Source: Mytilus edulis (Eukaryota). Taken from it: DNA of 64,000 bases. Numbering within the stretch: position 1 is the first letter of the stretch; each line of letters starts with the position of its first letter. Below are positions 1-13,740 of the stretch, in pieces. The position numbers were made by a program, and so were the translations under genes. The stretch is from the NCBI RefSeq assembly GCF_963676685.1, contig NC_092356.1:64604001-64668000 (forward strand), read 5' to 3'. Below the pieces are notes generated by a model. The model saw nothing but the letters and a program-made list of their open reading frames with translations. It did no database searches and was not told the origin of the DNA.

Positions 1-776
1 TGTTCCTGTGACTGCCGACCGTTTTCCCCCTTTTTTAGTTCTCGTTCTATAGTACAGACCAAATGGCTCTTCCCCGTTCCACTTTGCCCCAGAAGCAAAA
101 GGTTATGACCATTTTTTACCTCATTCAATGCTATATATAAGCTGTTTGACATTCATTTTGTTATGAAACACACGTGTATACAACGACATTAATGTAGAGT
201 TATAAATTGACCAAAATTTCCCACATTTATTTTTAGCCAGACGATTGACCAATGAGAAACCAGTATAAAATTACATGCGGACTGGGTGTTGCCAAAGTTT
301 GAGACGAATGCAAAACAAATCCCGTTGACCGACTTCTGAGACCTGCTATTAATGATTCCGACAACAATGGTAGTCGTGTCATATACCATTGTGTAGATAA
401 ATCAATTTAGATTTACGGCATATTAAGTTTAAGTAGGTTTGACAACCGAGAAATCGAAAAACAACGGGAATTCGGGACTGGGTGTCATTTTTCAAAAAAT
501 TTAGTTAAGTACCTTGTGTTATATTAAGGTATATAGGAAATTTTTTTCTGAGACAAGTGCCTGTGAGTCAGGGTCGGTATTACGATCAGATCACACGTAT
601 AAGTGATAAGATAAATACCTGCTTATTGTTCCAAACATTGGATTCACTGCTCTTGAAAGTCTTTCCAATAACTGAAACTTAGTAGAAGAATTATCTTAAG
701 CTGTAAGTGAGCTGTATCGAGAGCTAGAGCACTAAGAGAGCTTTGTTGATTGAAGCGACATTATTGTGAGCCAGTG

Positions 777-860
777 GAGCTACAGCGCTAGTGAGTCTGT
801 TGAGCTAAGAGCTACAGCGCTAGTGAGTCTGTTGAGCTAAGAGCTACAGAGCTAGTGAGC
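777..860. repeat. 32-bp tandem repeat (~2.6 copies) within an AGCT-rich low-complexity tract (~700-960)
   Basis: GAGCTACAGCGCTAGTGAGTCTGTTGAGCTAA recurs at 777, 809 and (partially) 841. Confidence 0.9.
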
Positions 861-2258
861 AAGTAGATCTTGCTATTTAATTGACCTATAGAGTGAGTAA
901 GCCAGTAAGGCTGAATAATCATTGAGCTGGAGGAGCTTTAATGAGCAGAGAGAGAGTTAGAGAGAAAATATAAATAAAAAGAATATATACAAGTCTCAGA
1001 TCTCGAGAATCAACTCGGGTACGGACCCCAGACACGTTACATAAGGTTACTCAAGTTACTACAGGCTAGTTGTATACCAATTTCAACTATAAAATCACGT
1101 TTCCCGGATTTTGATATGACCAATGAACTAAGAAAAGTATGCATGACCCTTTGCAGTGCCTTCATATATAAGTATATGACTATCACTAGGTGGTAAGACC
1201 AAAATTGCCAATAACTGTACACGTATAACAAAACATATCTAGTTATGTCAAACTATCTTAAACACTCCTCATTAGACAGCTGGAGTAGAACACAGTTACT
1301 GCCTTTATCCTTAAAATAAAATTAAGTATCCAAGCAATATTTAAGTAAGATATTAAGTTTTACGAGCTGCTTAACATGAGCATGTGGCATTTTTAAATAA
1401 CATACAAAATACATATAATTATTTGTCTCAATTATCAAAAGTAGACCAACAACAACTAAAATGCCAGAATAAAAATAACGCAATTTAAAAGCTAAAAAGA
1501 GGTAAAATAATTGTATTTTACCACTTTTTGAGTTTAATTTCAGAACAATACATCTACGTGGCAAATATACAGGTACACAAACCGCTTGTTAGAACTATGT
1601 TAATAACATATTACAAGAAAAGGCGAAACAGTTATACGGTATTATAATATAATCATGTTTTCCTATAGTTGTTTTTTTTTTTTTTATATCTTCAATCGTT
1701 GGCGATGTTACTGACCATAATATACCCCTCTATGTAAAGTCGTCCTTCTGTCAGCCCACCAGTCCATCATTCCGTTTTCCTCGTCAAATAGTATATCTAT
1801 GGATACCTTTGGATCTTCAAAACGCTGACACTGTTGTACCAATATGTTATGCACTACGTCATCGTCATTATAATTTATTTATCGATTCTCAATACCAGAT
1901 AACATTTCATATTCAATGTCAAACTCATTTTAAACGGTTGATTGGCCCGGAATTTATTTAACATCTTATTTTTCAAATATGTTTAAAGTTTGAGCTGAAA
2001 TAACATCTTGAGGGAGGATGTACCATGTGTCAACAACTCTATTGGAGAAAATACTGACTGAGACCATGGAGACTTTTTTCTTCAGTTTCTAGCTCATTTA
2101 CCTATGTTGATAATAGAACACTATAGCTAATAAGTTAGTCGAAGGGTATCGGTGACCGAGTAGTCTAATAAGTAGTCGAACTACTGTATCACTGGTCATT
2201 CAACACTTAAAGTGTAAGTTCGAATCTCGCACAGACACGTGCACTCGACTTCAATCTT

Positions 2259-2296
2259 CCCACTGGACGTTAAGCAACCAACAATCAATCAATCAA
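2259..2296 (+). mobile_element. 5'-truncated retroposon tail ending in (CAAT)n, with 14-bp target-site duplication
   Basis: TCGACTTCAATCTT is duplicated exactly at 2245-2258 and 2297-2310 around CCCACTGGACGTTAAGCAACCAACAATCAATCAATCAA. Confidence 0.85.
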
Positions 2297-2330
2297 TCGA
2301 CTTCAATCTTAATTTTCTAGGATTATTAGT

Positions 2331-2670
2331 TACATAGTGCGCTAATGACCTAATACGATACATATAGGCTTAGTAAATTCCTTATGGGATGAGAGCGAAG
2401 CTCGAATTCCAATATATAATTTACTGACCCCATATATATCGTATTAGGTCACTTAGTCTAGCACATTATGTGACAAATTTATTTTACCGATTATCTTAAC
2501 TTGTGGTATTTTGATTAGAGGCCTATAAAAGTGATTAAGTCTTCAATACTGTTAGTATTATCAACCAACTTCCATAGGTCTATGTAAAACCTAATATGGA
2601 ATAAACACGGTCTCCAGGCGGTTGCTCTTATCCAATCATATTCTTAGAAATATATAGGAGGTAAGATAAT
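2331..2670. mobile_element. Non-autonomous element with long internal palindrome (Crypton-like architecture), inserted in the SINE
   Basis: Imperfect hairpin ~2345-2452 (TGACCTAATACGATA...TATCGTATTAGGTCA). SINE sequence resumes after ~2670. The family assignment is inference. Confidence 0.55.
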
Positions 2671-5600
2671 GCCAGTTCTCCGACCGAAGTTCGCTGGTTC
2701 TCTTAGGGCAACCTGGCTTCCACCATCAATAATTTAAAAACTGACGGCCACGAAATAGCACAATATTGTTGGAAGTGGCGTTGAACACAAATCAGTCAAA
2801 AAAAAGTTAGTTGTTACTCCCTTATGATGTAATGAGGCCAATAGCTTGTATACTTCTATTGTATCAACTTGCAATCAAAGATAACGCAGGTAGAAAGTTT
2901 GAGAAGACAGCCTGATGGCATATGTGTAAATGTTGGCAACATTTTGATCGCTCTCTTCTGCACAGTTTCGATCCTTATAATGACACCATTTCTGAAAGTC
3001 GCTTTAAGAACGGACACATCCACCTACCTTGATGTATTTTAAGGATTTATACACTGTATATTGAGTTTCTTGAACTTATTAGAACACATCATAATTCATC
3101 GTTAATAATAATGGGTAGTGTGCAATTGGCTCTAACATTTGAATATCTTTTATTTAAAAATGGATGTATGTGAATGCACTAACATTATAAAAGAAAAAAA
3201 GAGGAATCATGTTCTATTTGTACTAATCCTTTGGAAAAGAGGACACAATTGATAATACCCATGTGCTATGACGAAATAGGTGTCTATAGTTGATATGAAT
3301 GAATGATATTTTCATGACGAACATGTTTATCTCTGAACGATTGAAAAATCATTTAAGTATTATAATTCAAAGGAATACTGGAAATAGCATTAAAAATTAA
3401 CGATCTTAATATTATTAGATTCTCATTTAAAATAAATACCTATTTTGCAGTCCGTTTTATAGTGCTGACATTAGACGATAACTCCGCAGTAAATAAGACA
3501 TAAAGCTACCACTCCTACAATATCAAATAATTGCTGTTTACTGAAATTGGTAAATAGTCTTTCACGAAAATTGAATCTTTAATTTTATCGTCTAAATACA
3601 TATTAAGCACATACTTGAGAAATTATTGCTGTTATAAAACTTTTATTTCTATCATCTTTGTCTAAGTATTGTCGATTAAGTAGATTATATAGTTACCTCG
3701 AAAAGGTTATGTATACCAATTTACTAAATATCTAAGGATTTTGTTTAGCAGAAACATGATATCCCTATTTCTTGTTGAATTGATTTTCCAATGCATTTTG
3801 TTTGTCTTTTTATATAATTGCCAATAGTTACCGTTTCTGCCTATTTTACTATATTTTAGATTTCACAACAATATGATTATACGAATAAGTAAATGTGGTA
3901 TGATTGCCCTATAATTCAAATGAAATAAGTAATTATAAGCAACCGTTAGGCCTTCAAAAATGTGAAAAAAACCATACATGAAAATATGAATCAATTCAAT
4001 TGAGAAAGTGTTTGTTGCTCTGTTACATATTTGTTACTCATTCATTTCATGTGAGCTCAAAGCGGGTTTCGTTAGATATACCACGCGACATATCAGAAAA
4101 CGGGAGCGATGAGAGATCGGGTTTTAATTAGATTGATTTCTATGAAGACTCTTGACAGCCATTCTCCTTTTTATTCTGAAATGGCAGTGTAAACATTTTG
4201 TATCAAGGCCGCAAATATTAAACTCCCTGTAGAGATAAGAGTAAATTAAACATTTTTTTAACGTGACAATTCTTAATTTTGATTCATGCCATCACATTAT
4301 TGTAGACAAACTTCTTTTTTTTTAACAACTTTTTTTCTTATCTTCTAATACAACTTGTATAATGACATTCTCAAATACATTAGTTCTGACGTACATACCA
4401 CCCTTATAAAAAGTAGAAGGAGTTTCGGTACACTTTAGGATTTTTTTTCTGTGGAACTACGACAATATAATCACAAGTCAATAGAATAGTCTAGGATATT
4501 TTTCATAAACTAAATCCCAATGTACGAAATTTTGTTTTGACATATCTTCTCATAGCTTGACGTCAATTTTGATACAACAAAAAGTCAGGAATATGACATT
4601 TCTTGTCCATTCGTTTTTGATGCGTTTTATTATTTGATTTTGCCATGTGATTATGGACTTTCCAAATGGATTTTCCTCTAAGTTCAGTATTTTTGTGATT
4701 TTACTTTTTATGAACTAATACTAATAAAAAAGTATGTGTTGTTCTCTTTTTTTTTTTACAAAACCACGGAGAGGGGGTATGATTTCCAATGCGACAACTA
4801 TCCACCATAGACCAAATATATTTTATTTTCTAAAATGGATTCTGAAACAACACAGACATGGAAAATGTCTCAATTTATTAACATGAAGTAGAAACAATTT
4901 AGGCAGATATCAAATTATTATTGCATCGATAGCATATTTTTTGTTCCTAAATGTCTACCTTACCAGTGGTGAATTGTTTCAGACCCCTTCTCTTGTAATA
5001 CGAGCTTTGTTGACTTTTATAGAACAAAATATGATTTGGTTGTATAATATTTAAGAAATGGTTCAACAAGAATCAAGATCACGAAATTCATTTCCCACAT
5101 TATTGCACTTATCTTGATATCGCTGTGGGTATATATTTTTAATTATCATCCATACGGAATCAAACCTGTGAAACAAATGAGTCGTCGTATAAGTTACTTA
5201 TAACATATCGAATTTTAAGTAAACACAAATAATAAAGTATAACAAACATACCGAATTCATAAAAATTTACATTCCCATTTGAAAAAAAAATATGCCTTTT
5301 CAAAAAGTATTGCGTTAGAAAAATCTAACCATAATTTGAGTTTTTAATTTTACATCAAAATACACCTTTTTAAGCATTTCATCGCTGAAACAAGGAGTAC
5401 TTGGTAAAAGGAACCACCAAGATGAATTATGTAAACCCAATATTAATAGTTCTATTAATGTGTAAACGTGACGTCAGAATAACAATAACACTACTTAAAA
5501 GTTCAAACTAAGTACGAAGTTGAAGAGCATTGAGGATCCGAAATTCCAAACAGTTTACCAAATGCATCGGAGGTAATCTATACCTTGGGTAGAACATCCT

Positions 5601-6316
5601 CAATATTTCGAAAAATTTAAAAGTTTGATAATGAGTTTATAAACTATAATGAACCTATCAAAAAGTAAAATCACAAAAATACTGAACTCAGAGAAAAATC
5701 CAATCGGAAAGTCCATAATCACATTTATTGCTATCTACAATAAAACTGGCAAATTGACTCAACTGGTCCCTATAGTACAATTTGTTTACTGTTTCCATTG
5801 AACTCACGAATCAATTCCTTTCAATCTAAAACCATTAGTATAAAGATGTACTTTACACATGTTACAGTGTGTTTTAACTATAGTATGAACGTCATCTACA
5901 TTTTTATATGTTCCGAGACCACTTACGCTCTTAACTTAACATGAAGATTACAACATTGTTACATAGTTATTAGTCAATGACAGCTGATATATGGGTCTCA
6001 TGAGACTTTACGTATTACGAAAGATTTATACTTGTACTGTCTCATCCCTTTTTGCAAGGTTTATATTACTGTTTTCTTACGAAAATGCGTAGTTTGATGA
6101 TGTATTGTTCCCAGTGATCGGGCAGTACACGTGTACACTCAATGCACTACTGTTTTGTTCTATTAGGTAACACACAACACGAAAGAAATATATTTAAATT
6201 GATATGTTGTCATTTGAATTTTTGTTACAAGGTGCTGTATTTAATCATTAAGTTTATTTTATAAGACAGTCTACCGAATCAAGGCAGGAATATGACAGTT
6301 ATTATCTATTCGTTTG

Positions 6317-6485
6317 ATCCCCTAGTTTTTGTTGGGGTTCGTGTTGTTTATTTTTTTATTTTTCTATGTTGTTTCATGTGTACTATTGTTTGTCTGTTTG
6401 TCTTTTTCATTTTTAGCCATGACGTTGTCAGTTTATTTTCGATTTATGAGCTTGACTGTCCCTTTGGTATCTTTCGTCCCTCTTT
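6317..6485 (+). mobile_element. Truncated 3' tail of PLE family 2, nested in another short dispersed repeat (6280-6580)
   Basis: Near-identical to 44590-44674 + 47633-47717, the tail of the RT element starting at 43238. Confidence 0.85.
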
Positions 6486-7156
6486 TATCTATTCGTTTGT
6501 TGTGGTTATTTTGCCATTTGGATAGGGACTTTCCTATTTGAATTTTCCTATTAGTTCATTATTTTTGTGATTTTATTCTGTATAAGTATGAAATGTAAAA
6601 ATATTTTTTTTACAAGAATCTTGTCTGGAATATACAGATATTCAAAACTAAAAAAAATCCTAATCTGAACACCCAGTGATAGAACGATACAAGAGTCTCA
6701 TAACTGCGTCCACATGACATATCAACCAAGTGTAATGAAAATTTGTACATAATTATATGTTTTTATATGCAAGAGTGAAAAACCTCTAGTTTAACAATTT
6801 GATTTAATGCTTTTTTAGATTTTGAAGAGTCATCTACTGAAAAGGATAGAATTCTCAAATGTCACAATCTTATCACTCTTAATATGCTATATATGGCTAT
6901 GTTAAGCTGGTATTTTAGTTGGTTTTTAATAAAGAAAAATAAAAAATATTCGTTTTTCAAAACTTGACAAAATGTTATAGCTCGTGTATAGCTATATTTT
7001 TATGTTTCACTAGGGTAAAAGGACATTTCAGGCATTTTTTTAATATTTGCTAAAAAGATCAACAAAAAGACATAAAATCTTTATAATTTCTATAATTTTT
7101 TGTAATGTTTTAAATATTTATATAAAGGTTCACATGTGTGTTAGAAGTTTTATGAT

Positions 7157-7541
7157 TTAGGGTTCAATTACAGATCTTTACACCGGTACTTTGACAACGA
7201 AAAAAATGTCTTATTTCTCGTATTTTTTCACAATAATCCGTGTACCTAATCATGAAAAATAAATGTTGAAACTGGCTTATGATATTTGGTATAAGGTCTA
7301 CGACAAAAACACAGCTTAACTCATGAAAATTAAGACAGGAAAATGAAACTGACCTTTGATCTAAAAGTAAAAGTTCTTGATTTTTTAACGTTTTCTCCCT
7401 TGACAAAGTCTTTTGATCTTGACTCTCAAATGTATCACCCAACGTTACATGTCGCGTAAAATGAATGATGACCTTGATATTTTGCTTGCAATGTGAAATA
7501 AAAAGTTAGGTCAAAAATGTAATGTTATATGAAACCCTTAA
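7157..7541. mobile_element. Possible degenerate TTAA-type (Kolobok-like) MITE
   Basis: Begins TTAGGGTTCA and ends TGAAACCCTTAA (imperfect inverted termini). Confidence 0.35.
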
Positions 7542-7764
7542 GCCAATCATATTTTGTTTTGCCATGTCAATATTAAAGTGGTAGTTTATAGGCAATATAT
7601 AGGTCACAAAACGAGCACGACCTTTGCGGAACTTCTAATGGTGTGTCCCTGCTCATGCTTCGCATCCTAATATAATAATGCTGTTATTCAGATTTATCTT
7701 AAAAGGGATTCAGATGCCAATCCTTAGCGCATATTTGATCTGTATTGCCTTAATGTTCTATTTC

Positions 7765-7995
7765 TTGTTTACAAAACTTTAATTTTTTCGAAAATAACGG
7801 ATTTTCTTATCCCAGCAATGGAATAACCTAGCCGTATTTGGCACACTGTTTTTGGAATTTTATGTTCTCAATGCTCTTTAACTTTACACTTGTTTTGTTT
7901 TATAACTATTTTGATCTGAGCGTCACTAATGAGTGTAGAAGAAACTCGCGTCTGGCGTATTAAATTATAATTCTGGTACCTTTGATAACTATAAC
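7765..7995 (+). mobile_element. Degenerate hammerhead-bearing repeat, family H1
   Basis: CGTCA-CTAATGA...GAAACTCGCGTC-TGGCG at 7921-7957 (core mutated). Flanks match 13510-13740. Confidence 0.75.
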
Positions 7996-8689
7996 ATTGA
8001 TATATGTATATATAGCTTTGAGTTAAAACGGTTTCATGCTTAAGGTTGAGACTATATGCAATAAATAAGAAAGGTAAACACACAATGTAACTACATCTAT
8101 TCTGTTTACACTAAGGGTGAAATTTGTATCTTTGTAAAAACATTGGTAAACCACATGTTATCAAGGCAAGATCAGTTTACCGATTTTCAAATATCATAAA
8201 CTTATTACAAAAACAAATGAAGACGCACTGATGGATTTGTAGTGCCTCTTTAATTATCGTGACCATGTGTACGGACTGTACTATGCATCATCAGCCGCAA
8301 TACAATCCGTACTCAGTCAAAATGTCACAACGAGGAATATGAAATAATCGGTAAAACTAGCAGATCAGACAACTATTGTGGTATATGAAGACGTGAGACT
8401 ACGAAAACATGTCACAAGGGAGTTGAAAAACAGACACAGACATGTCGTTTGGGTCAAGAAATCCCCGAAATGGACCATACAAGTTGATTTCATTACGTTC
8501 TTGATGAAGGTTAATCCACAAAAGCGCTAGAAATAAATAACGTGTTGTTTTAATTTTTTACTACATTTAATACTTATTACATACGTAAATGCAGTATTTC
8601 ACTTTATTTATAAGACTACCAATCTTATCTTTGTAAAAAAAATATCTAAACAATTTAAAAAAGAAAATAACAAAAATACAATGGTTTAA

Positions 8690-11600
8690 ACATTCATATT
8701 ATGATCTTCAGTTGAAATGAGGATGACAGATTTTGCGAATAAGTTTGAACAATCTACAAATATACAATCGGGATTTACTCGTTCTTTATAGAAGAGAGCA
8801 TACTTTAAAGGTATCGTGTATTTTATTGACCCTTTTCTAGGCAAGGAGAACAAGAATAGATATAAAATGGCTTTGGTTTTATTTCTTGTTATTATATTAC
8901 TTGATCATTTAGGCAGTATATTACAAAGTCCTTGCATTCTAATTGGGAAATCAGAAAAACTACCAGTAAATTGATACCGGATTAAAATATAACACTGAAC
9001 CTACTAAACATTCCTTGATAATTTCCATGTAAGATACCCAACAACCATTTCGGAAAGATTTATCTTATACGTAGGACAGACTACTACCATTCTAGAATTT
9101 AAATAACATTGAACTGAAAAATGTATTGCTTGTACACATTGTGTATTGGATTAAACAAAGTCACGCTCATTTTGAAATGCAATACTTATTCTGTTTTCCA
9201 TAGTTTCACTTTCATGAAAATTAAAGAGTATATGTAAATTGGCGATATTTTAGATTTTAATGAATTTTGTACGCATTCAAAATTCGTTGGACTGAATTTG
9301 AAAATCTAAAAAGTACATATGCATCATTTATACTTGGTGTTTTGTAAATTTTATTAAGTGTACGTAAAATCGGCGGAAATATATCTCATCATAGATACCA
9401 GAACTAAAAATATGTAAGCCAGACGAATGGTCTTCAAAAGACTCGCCAGTTACACTCGTATAAAAACAAATTGAAATGGCAAAATAAAGTTCGAAATTAA
9501 GAGTATTGAGGACGTGACATTCAGAAATATGCTAGTATTAGATAAAGCATGATCACATAGTGTAAAATAATAAGAATTGACAAAGAATGAAAGGCAACTA
9601 TCAAATGATATTTGCAATGCTATGTCTATTTCCATGAAAGATTCTTGACAGCGACCCTCATCCTTATGCAGGTACGGCAGTGTTAACATTATGCATAAAG
9701 ATCAAGACTGCTTCTGCAAATATTGAAAACCCTGTAAAGATAAAAGTAAATTAAACATATGTTTCATATTTTCACAATTCTTGACACTGATGCATGCTAT
9801 AACATATTTTGTATCGGTACAATTCTTAATAATGATTCATGCCATCACATTATTGGAGACTAACTATTTTTTGTTTTAACACTATTTTTTCTTATCTTCG
9901 GATGACATTCCCGAAAACATTAGTTCTGACATGATTGGTTGAATTTGATTATGTACATACCACCTTGATAAAAAGCAAAAGGAGTTGCGGTACACATTGG
10001 GATTTTTTTTCTGTGAAACTACGACAATATAATCATCAAAACCTATCATAAAATTCAATTGAATAGTCTAAGACATTTTCCTAAAATAAGTTTTATTGCA
10101 CCAAATTCTCTTTTGACACGCATAGCTGACCACACTGGTTATACAACAAAATATGAATTATAACTAGTCAAAAAGTATAGGTTGTTCTCTTTTTTTTATT
10201 TACCGAAATGTGGCATGATTTCCAACGCGACAGCTATCCACCAGAGACCAAATGTATTGGATGTACAACTTAAGTAACAATAGATCACCATAATGCTTTC
10301 AACAATGATTACATGTAGGTGTTACTGTAATCCATCTCGAAGATGTATTTTACTTTTACTAAAAAGGATTCTGAAGTATCGCATACAATTAAATCGTTTG
10401 AATTATTAACATGCTGTAGAAACAATTAAAGCAGATATCAAATTGTTAATGCACCGATAGCGTATCGTTGGTTCATAAATGTCAGTGGTTAATTGGTACA
10501 GATCCATTTATTTGTAATTTAACCTTCTTTGCCTTCTATCGAAAAAAATAATTTCGTTTTATAATAATAATTGGTAACTCTTCTTTAGAATCAAGATCCC
10601 TTCACTTGTTATAAGAGCCTGGTTGACTTCTATAAAAAAATGTTTTATAATTAATAAATGGTTTTAACATTTATGCTAAAATCAAGATCACGGAATTAAT
10701 TTTCGACAGTACTGAAATGTTCTTGATTTCGTGATAGATATATATTTTGTAACAACATCCATAGTGTATCAAACCTTTTAGGATGGAAAGTAGTCGTCTA
10801 AGATACTACTAACATACTTAATTATCAGTAAACATATATTAAAAATGTACAACACATATACCAAACTCCAAGGCAAATTCAAAAAGTCATATTCCATTTG
10901 AAAACATAGTCTTTTCAAAATAGAAATTGGATCGAACTAAACGATTGTTAAGTTTACAACACAAAATATTGACGAGCATCACATCCAGGAACAAATAATT
11001 GAAACTGTCGAAATCGATCGATTTGATTAATTTGAGTTTTTAATTTTACATCAATTTATTTATCTTTACAATCACGTCATCGTTGATTTAAATGATACTT
11101 GGTGGAAGGTACTACCAAGATGAAATTTGTAAACCCAATACTCTATTCAGGTGAAAACGTTATAAGTGACGTCAGAATAAAAAATATTCAAAGGTCAAAT
11201 CAAGTATGAAGTTGAAGAGCATTGAGGATCCAAAATTCCTAATGGTTTTGTAAATACACCGATGATTATCTATTTCTTGGGGAGATCATCCTTAGTATTT
11301 CGACCAAATCAAAAGATTTGTTATTAGTAATTAAACTATAATGACCCTACCAGTTTATTGATATCTACAATATAATTGACAAATTGACTCAATTGACTCC
11401 TACAGTACAATTTGCATTTTAATTAAACTCTTGCTCACAAATCAATTCCGTTCTATCTTTTACCATAAGTACACAGACGTACTTTACAGCCATTGACAGC
11501 GTGCTTTTAACTCTAGTTTAAATATCATCTTCATTTGTTGTGTTGTCGAGACCACTTACGATCTAACATGAACATTGTTACTTAGTTAATAGTCAATTGC

Positions 11601-12740
11601 AGTGTCTGGATCGTGAGAGTTTACTTATTAGAAAAGAAATACACTAGTACTGAGTCACAACTATTTACGAAAATGCGTAGTTTGATGATTTATTATTCCC
11701 AGTGATCCCACAGTACACGTTTTTCCTCAACGCACTTTGATATATTTGGTAATACAAAACAAGATATCTAAATAGATCTTTAGGTATTCGTATTTATGTT
11801 TCTTGTACAATTGTAAAAAAAAGGTAAGTAAAATAATAACAAAAGATTGTAAGCCAAAAGAAGAATTAGATAAAGATGTATGTATTTATATCGTTTTATA
11901 TATATACATATATATATAAGATAAACTACTTCACCTTATAAGTTTAATATTAAATTAAAAAAAAAAACCATTAGAAGGTGACATTGTCTGGAATATTCAG
12001 TGTACAAGTGGAATAAGTCATCATATCACCAACTCTTTGATAGAACCATGCAATGGGCATACAAGTTCCACATGACATGTCAACCTAATGTAATGAAATG
12101 TGCACATATGCTATGATAGTCAAAAGAGAAAAGTTATAACTTTACAATTTGATTTAAGCCTATGTTAGGATTTTTTGCAGACCTGGAATAGGCTTAATTT
12201 GTCATAAAGATGTCACAATGATATGACGCAGAGTATGCTATATATGTTTTTTTTTGCTGTTTTTTTTAATTAATTTTTATAATCGACATTATTCGTCTTT
12301 CAAAATTTGACAAAATATTATAGCTTAAATATAGCTACGTTTATGGGTATAGGTTTAAAAAGGATAATTTGGTAATGTTTTGTTGGATACTTGCTAGAAA
12401 AGATCAGCAGAAATTTAAGAAACCTTCTAAAGTACTAAAGATGTTAAGAAAGTTGTATATATGTGCTAAACATTTATAATTTTTAAGCTAGGATCTCTTA
12501 CATCTTATATTAACGTATGTTTCACAATAGTCCGTGTATATAATCCTAGGAATATTATTAATCTTTTGGTACTGGCTTAGTTTGAAAGTTTATATTAATA
12601 ATTTGACAGTGTGTATCATAGCACTATGTACCGTAAAATAGCTTTGACCTAAACCTCAAAGTATGAATATTTGATAGTATTACATTCTCCTGTCCAGAGC
12701 ATAACTTTTTATTTCCATTGGCAAAGTCTTTTAAGTATTG
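8690..12740. repeat. Segmental duplication copy B1 (partial)
   Basis: 8700-9070 aligns with 23390-23750 and 49150-49400. 9630-12550 aligns with 4136-7260 and 49950-52680. Confidence 0.85.
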
Positions 12741-13474
12741 ACATACAAGCGCCAACTATGTTTTTAAATACTATTTTCGTTTCTATGAAGCTCTTGACAG
12801 CCACCCTCATCCTTATACTGAAATGGCAGTGTAAACATTCTGGTTAAAAATCAAGAGTGTTTCTGCAAATATTTTACACCCAGTAAAGATAAAAGTAGAT
12901 TAAACATATGTTTTATTCTAAACATTGACTGATGCCATCAAATCATTGGAGGCAAACTGTTTATTTAACTTTTAACAAAAAAATTTCTTATCTTCTGATA
13001 CAACTTGTCTAGTGATATTCCCAAATACATTAGTCCTAATTTAATGGTTTAAATTTGATTATGGACAAAAAGTAGACGGAGTCTCTGTACACATTGAGAT
13101 TGTTTCCTGTGAGACTGCGACAATATAACAATTAAAACCCTATTATCAAATGAATAGTATAGGAAATGTTCTTTAAATAATTCTATTGGACTTCTTCTCT
13201 TTTGACACGCATATCTGACATGACTGGTAAAACAACAAATTATGAATTATTACTAATAAAAAAAGAATGTGTTACTCTCTTTTTTTCACACAACCACGGA
13301 GATGTGGTATGATTTCAAACGCGACATCTATCCATCAGAGACCAAATAAATTGGATGTACTACGATGAGAGAGCTGTCTACTTATTCCATTGTTCTATTT
13401 CTTATACTGTTTTTGGTCTCTTGTTACTTAGTTATTAGTCAATTGCAGTGTCACAATTCAGACACTGCAATTGA

Positions 13475-13740
13475 AAATGTGGTCATTTTTATAAATTTCC
13501 TGTATACAAACTTTGAACTTTTAATTTTAAAAAACTAGGAAATTTCTTATCCCAGGCATAGATTACCTTAGCCGTATTTGGCACAACTTTTTGGAATTTT
13601 GGATCCTCAATGCTCTTCAACTTTGTACTTGTTTGGTTTATAAATATTTTGATTTGAGCGTCACTGATGAGTCTTTATGTAGACAGAACGCGCGTCTGGC
13701 GTACTAAATTATAATCCTGGTACCTTTTATAACTATATAC
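13475..13740 (+). mobile_element. Retrozyme-like repeat family H1 with type I hammerhead (13659-13701; GAAA altered to AGAA)
   Basis: CGTCA-CTGATGA-GTCT-ttatgt-AGAC-AGAA-CGCGCG-TC-TGGCG gives stem I, core, stem II and palindromic stem III. Confidence 0.85.

Larger units (their letters stand above)
2142..2803 (+). mobile_element. tRNA-derived SINE, interrupted by two nested insertions
   Basis: A-box-like TGACCGAGTAG (~2153) and B-box GTTCGAATC (~2218). The tail is GAAGTGGCGTTGAACACAAATCAGTCAAAAAAA. Flanking near-direct repeat AAGTTAGT(C/T)G at 2132-2141 and 2804-2813. Confidence 0.7.
4136..8580. repeat. Segmental duplication copy A (partial)
   Basis: Ordered blocks (CTCTTGACAGCC, GGATTC.GAA.CAACACAGACATG, GAGACCACTTACG, AAACTAGCAGATCAGACAACTATT) are shared with the other copies. 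Confidence 0.85.

Noticed and set aside
6292-6541. Hydrophobic 70-77 aa ORFs (also 16066, 21419, 47222, 47588, 53577, 61437) with a shared LAMALSVYFRFMSL motif, resembling a membrane peptide family
   Set aside because: They are translations of the T-rich PLE family 2 tail; starts and frames differ between copies.
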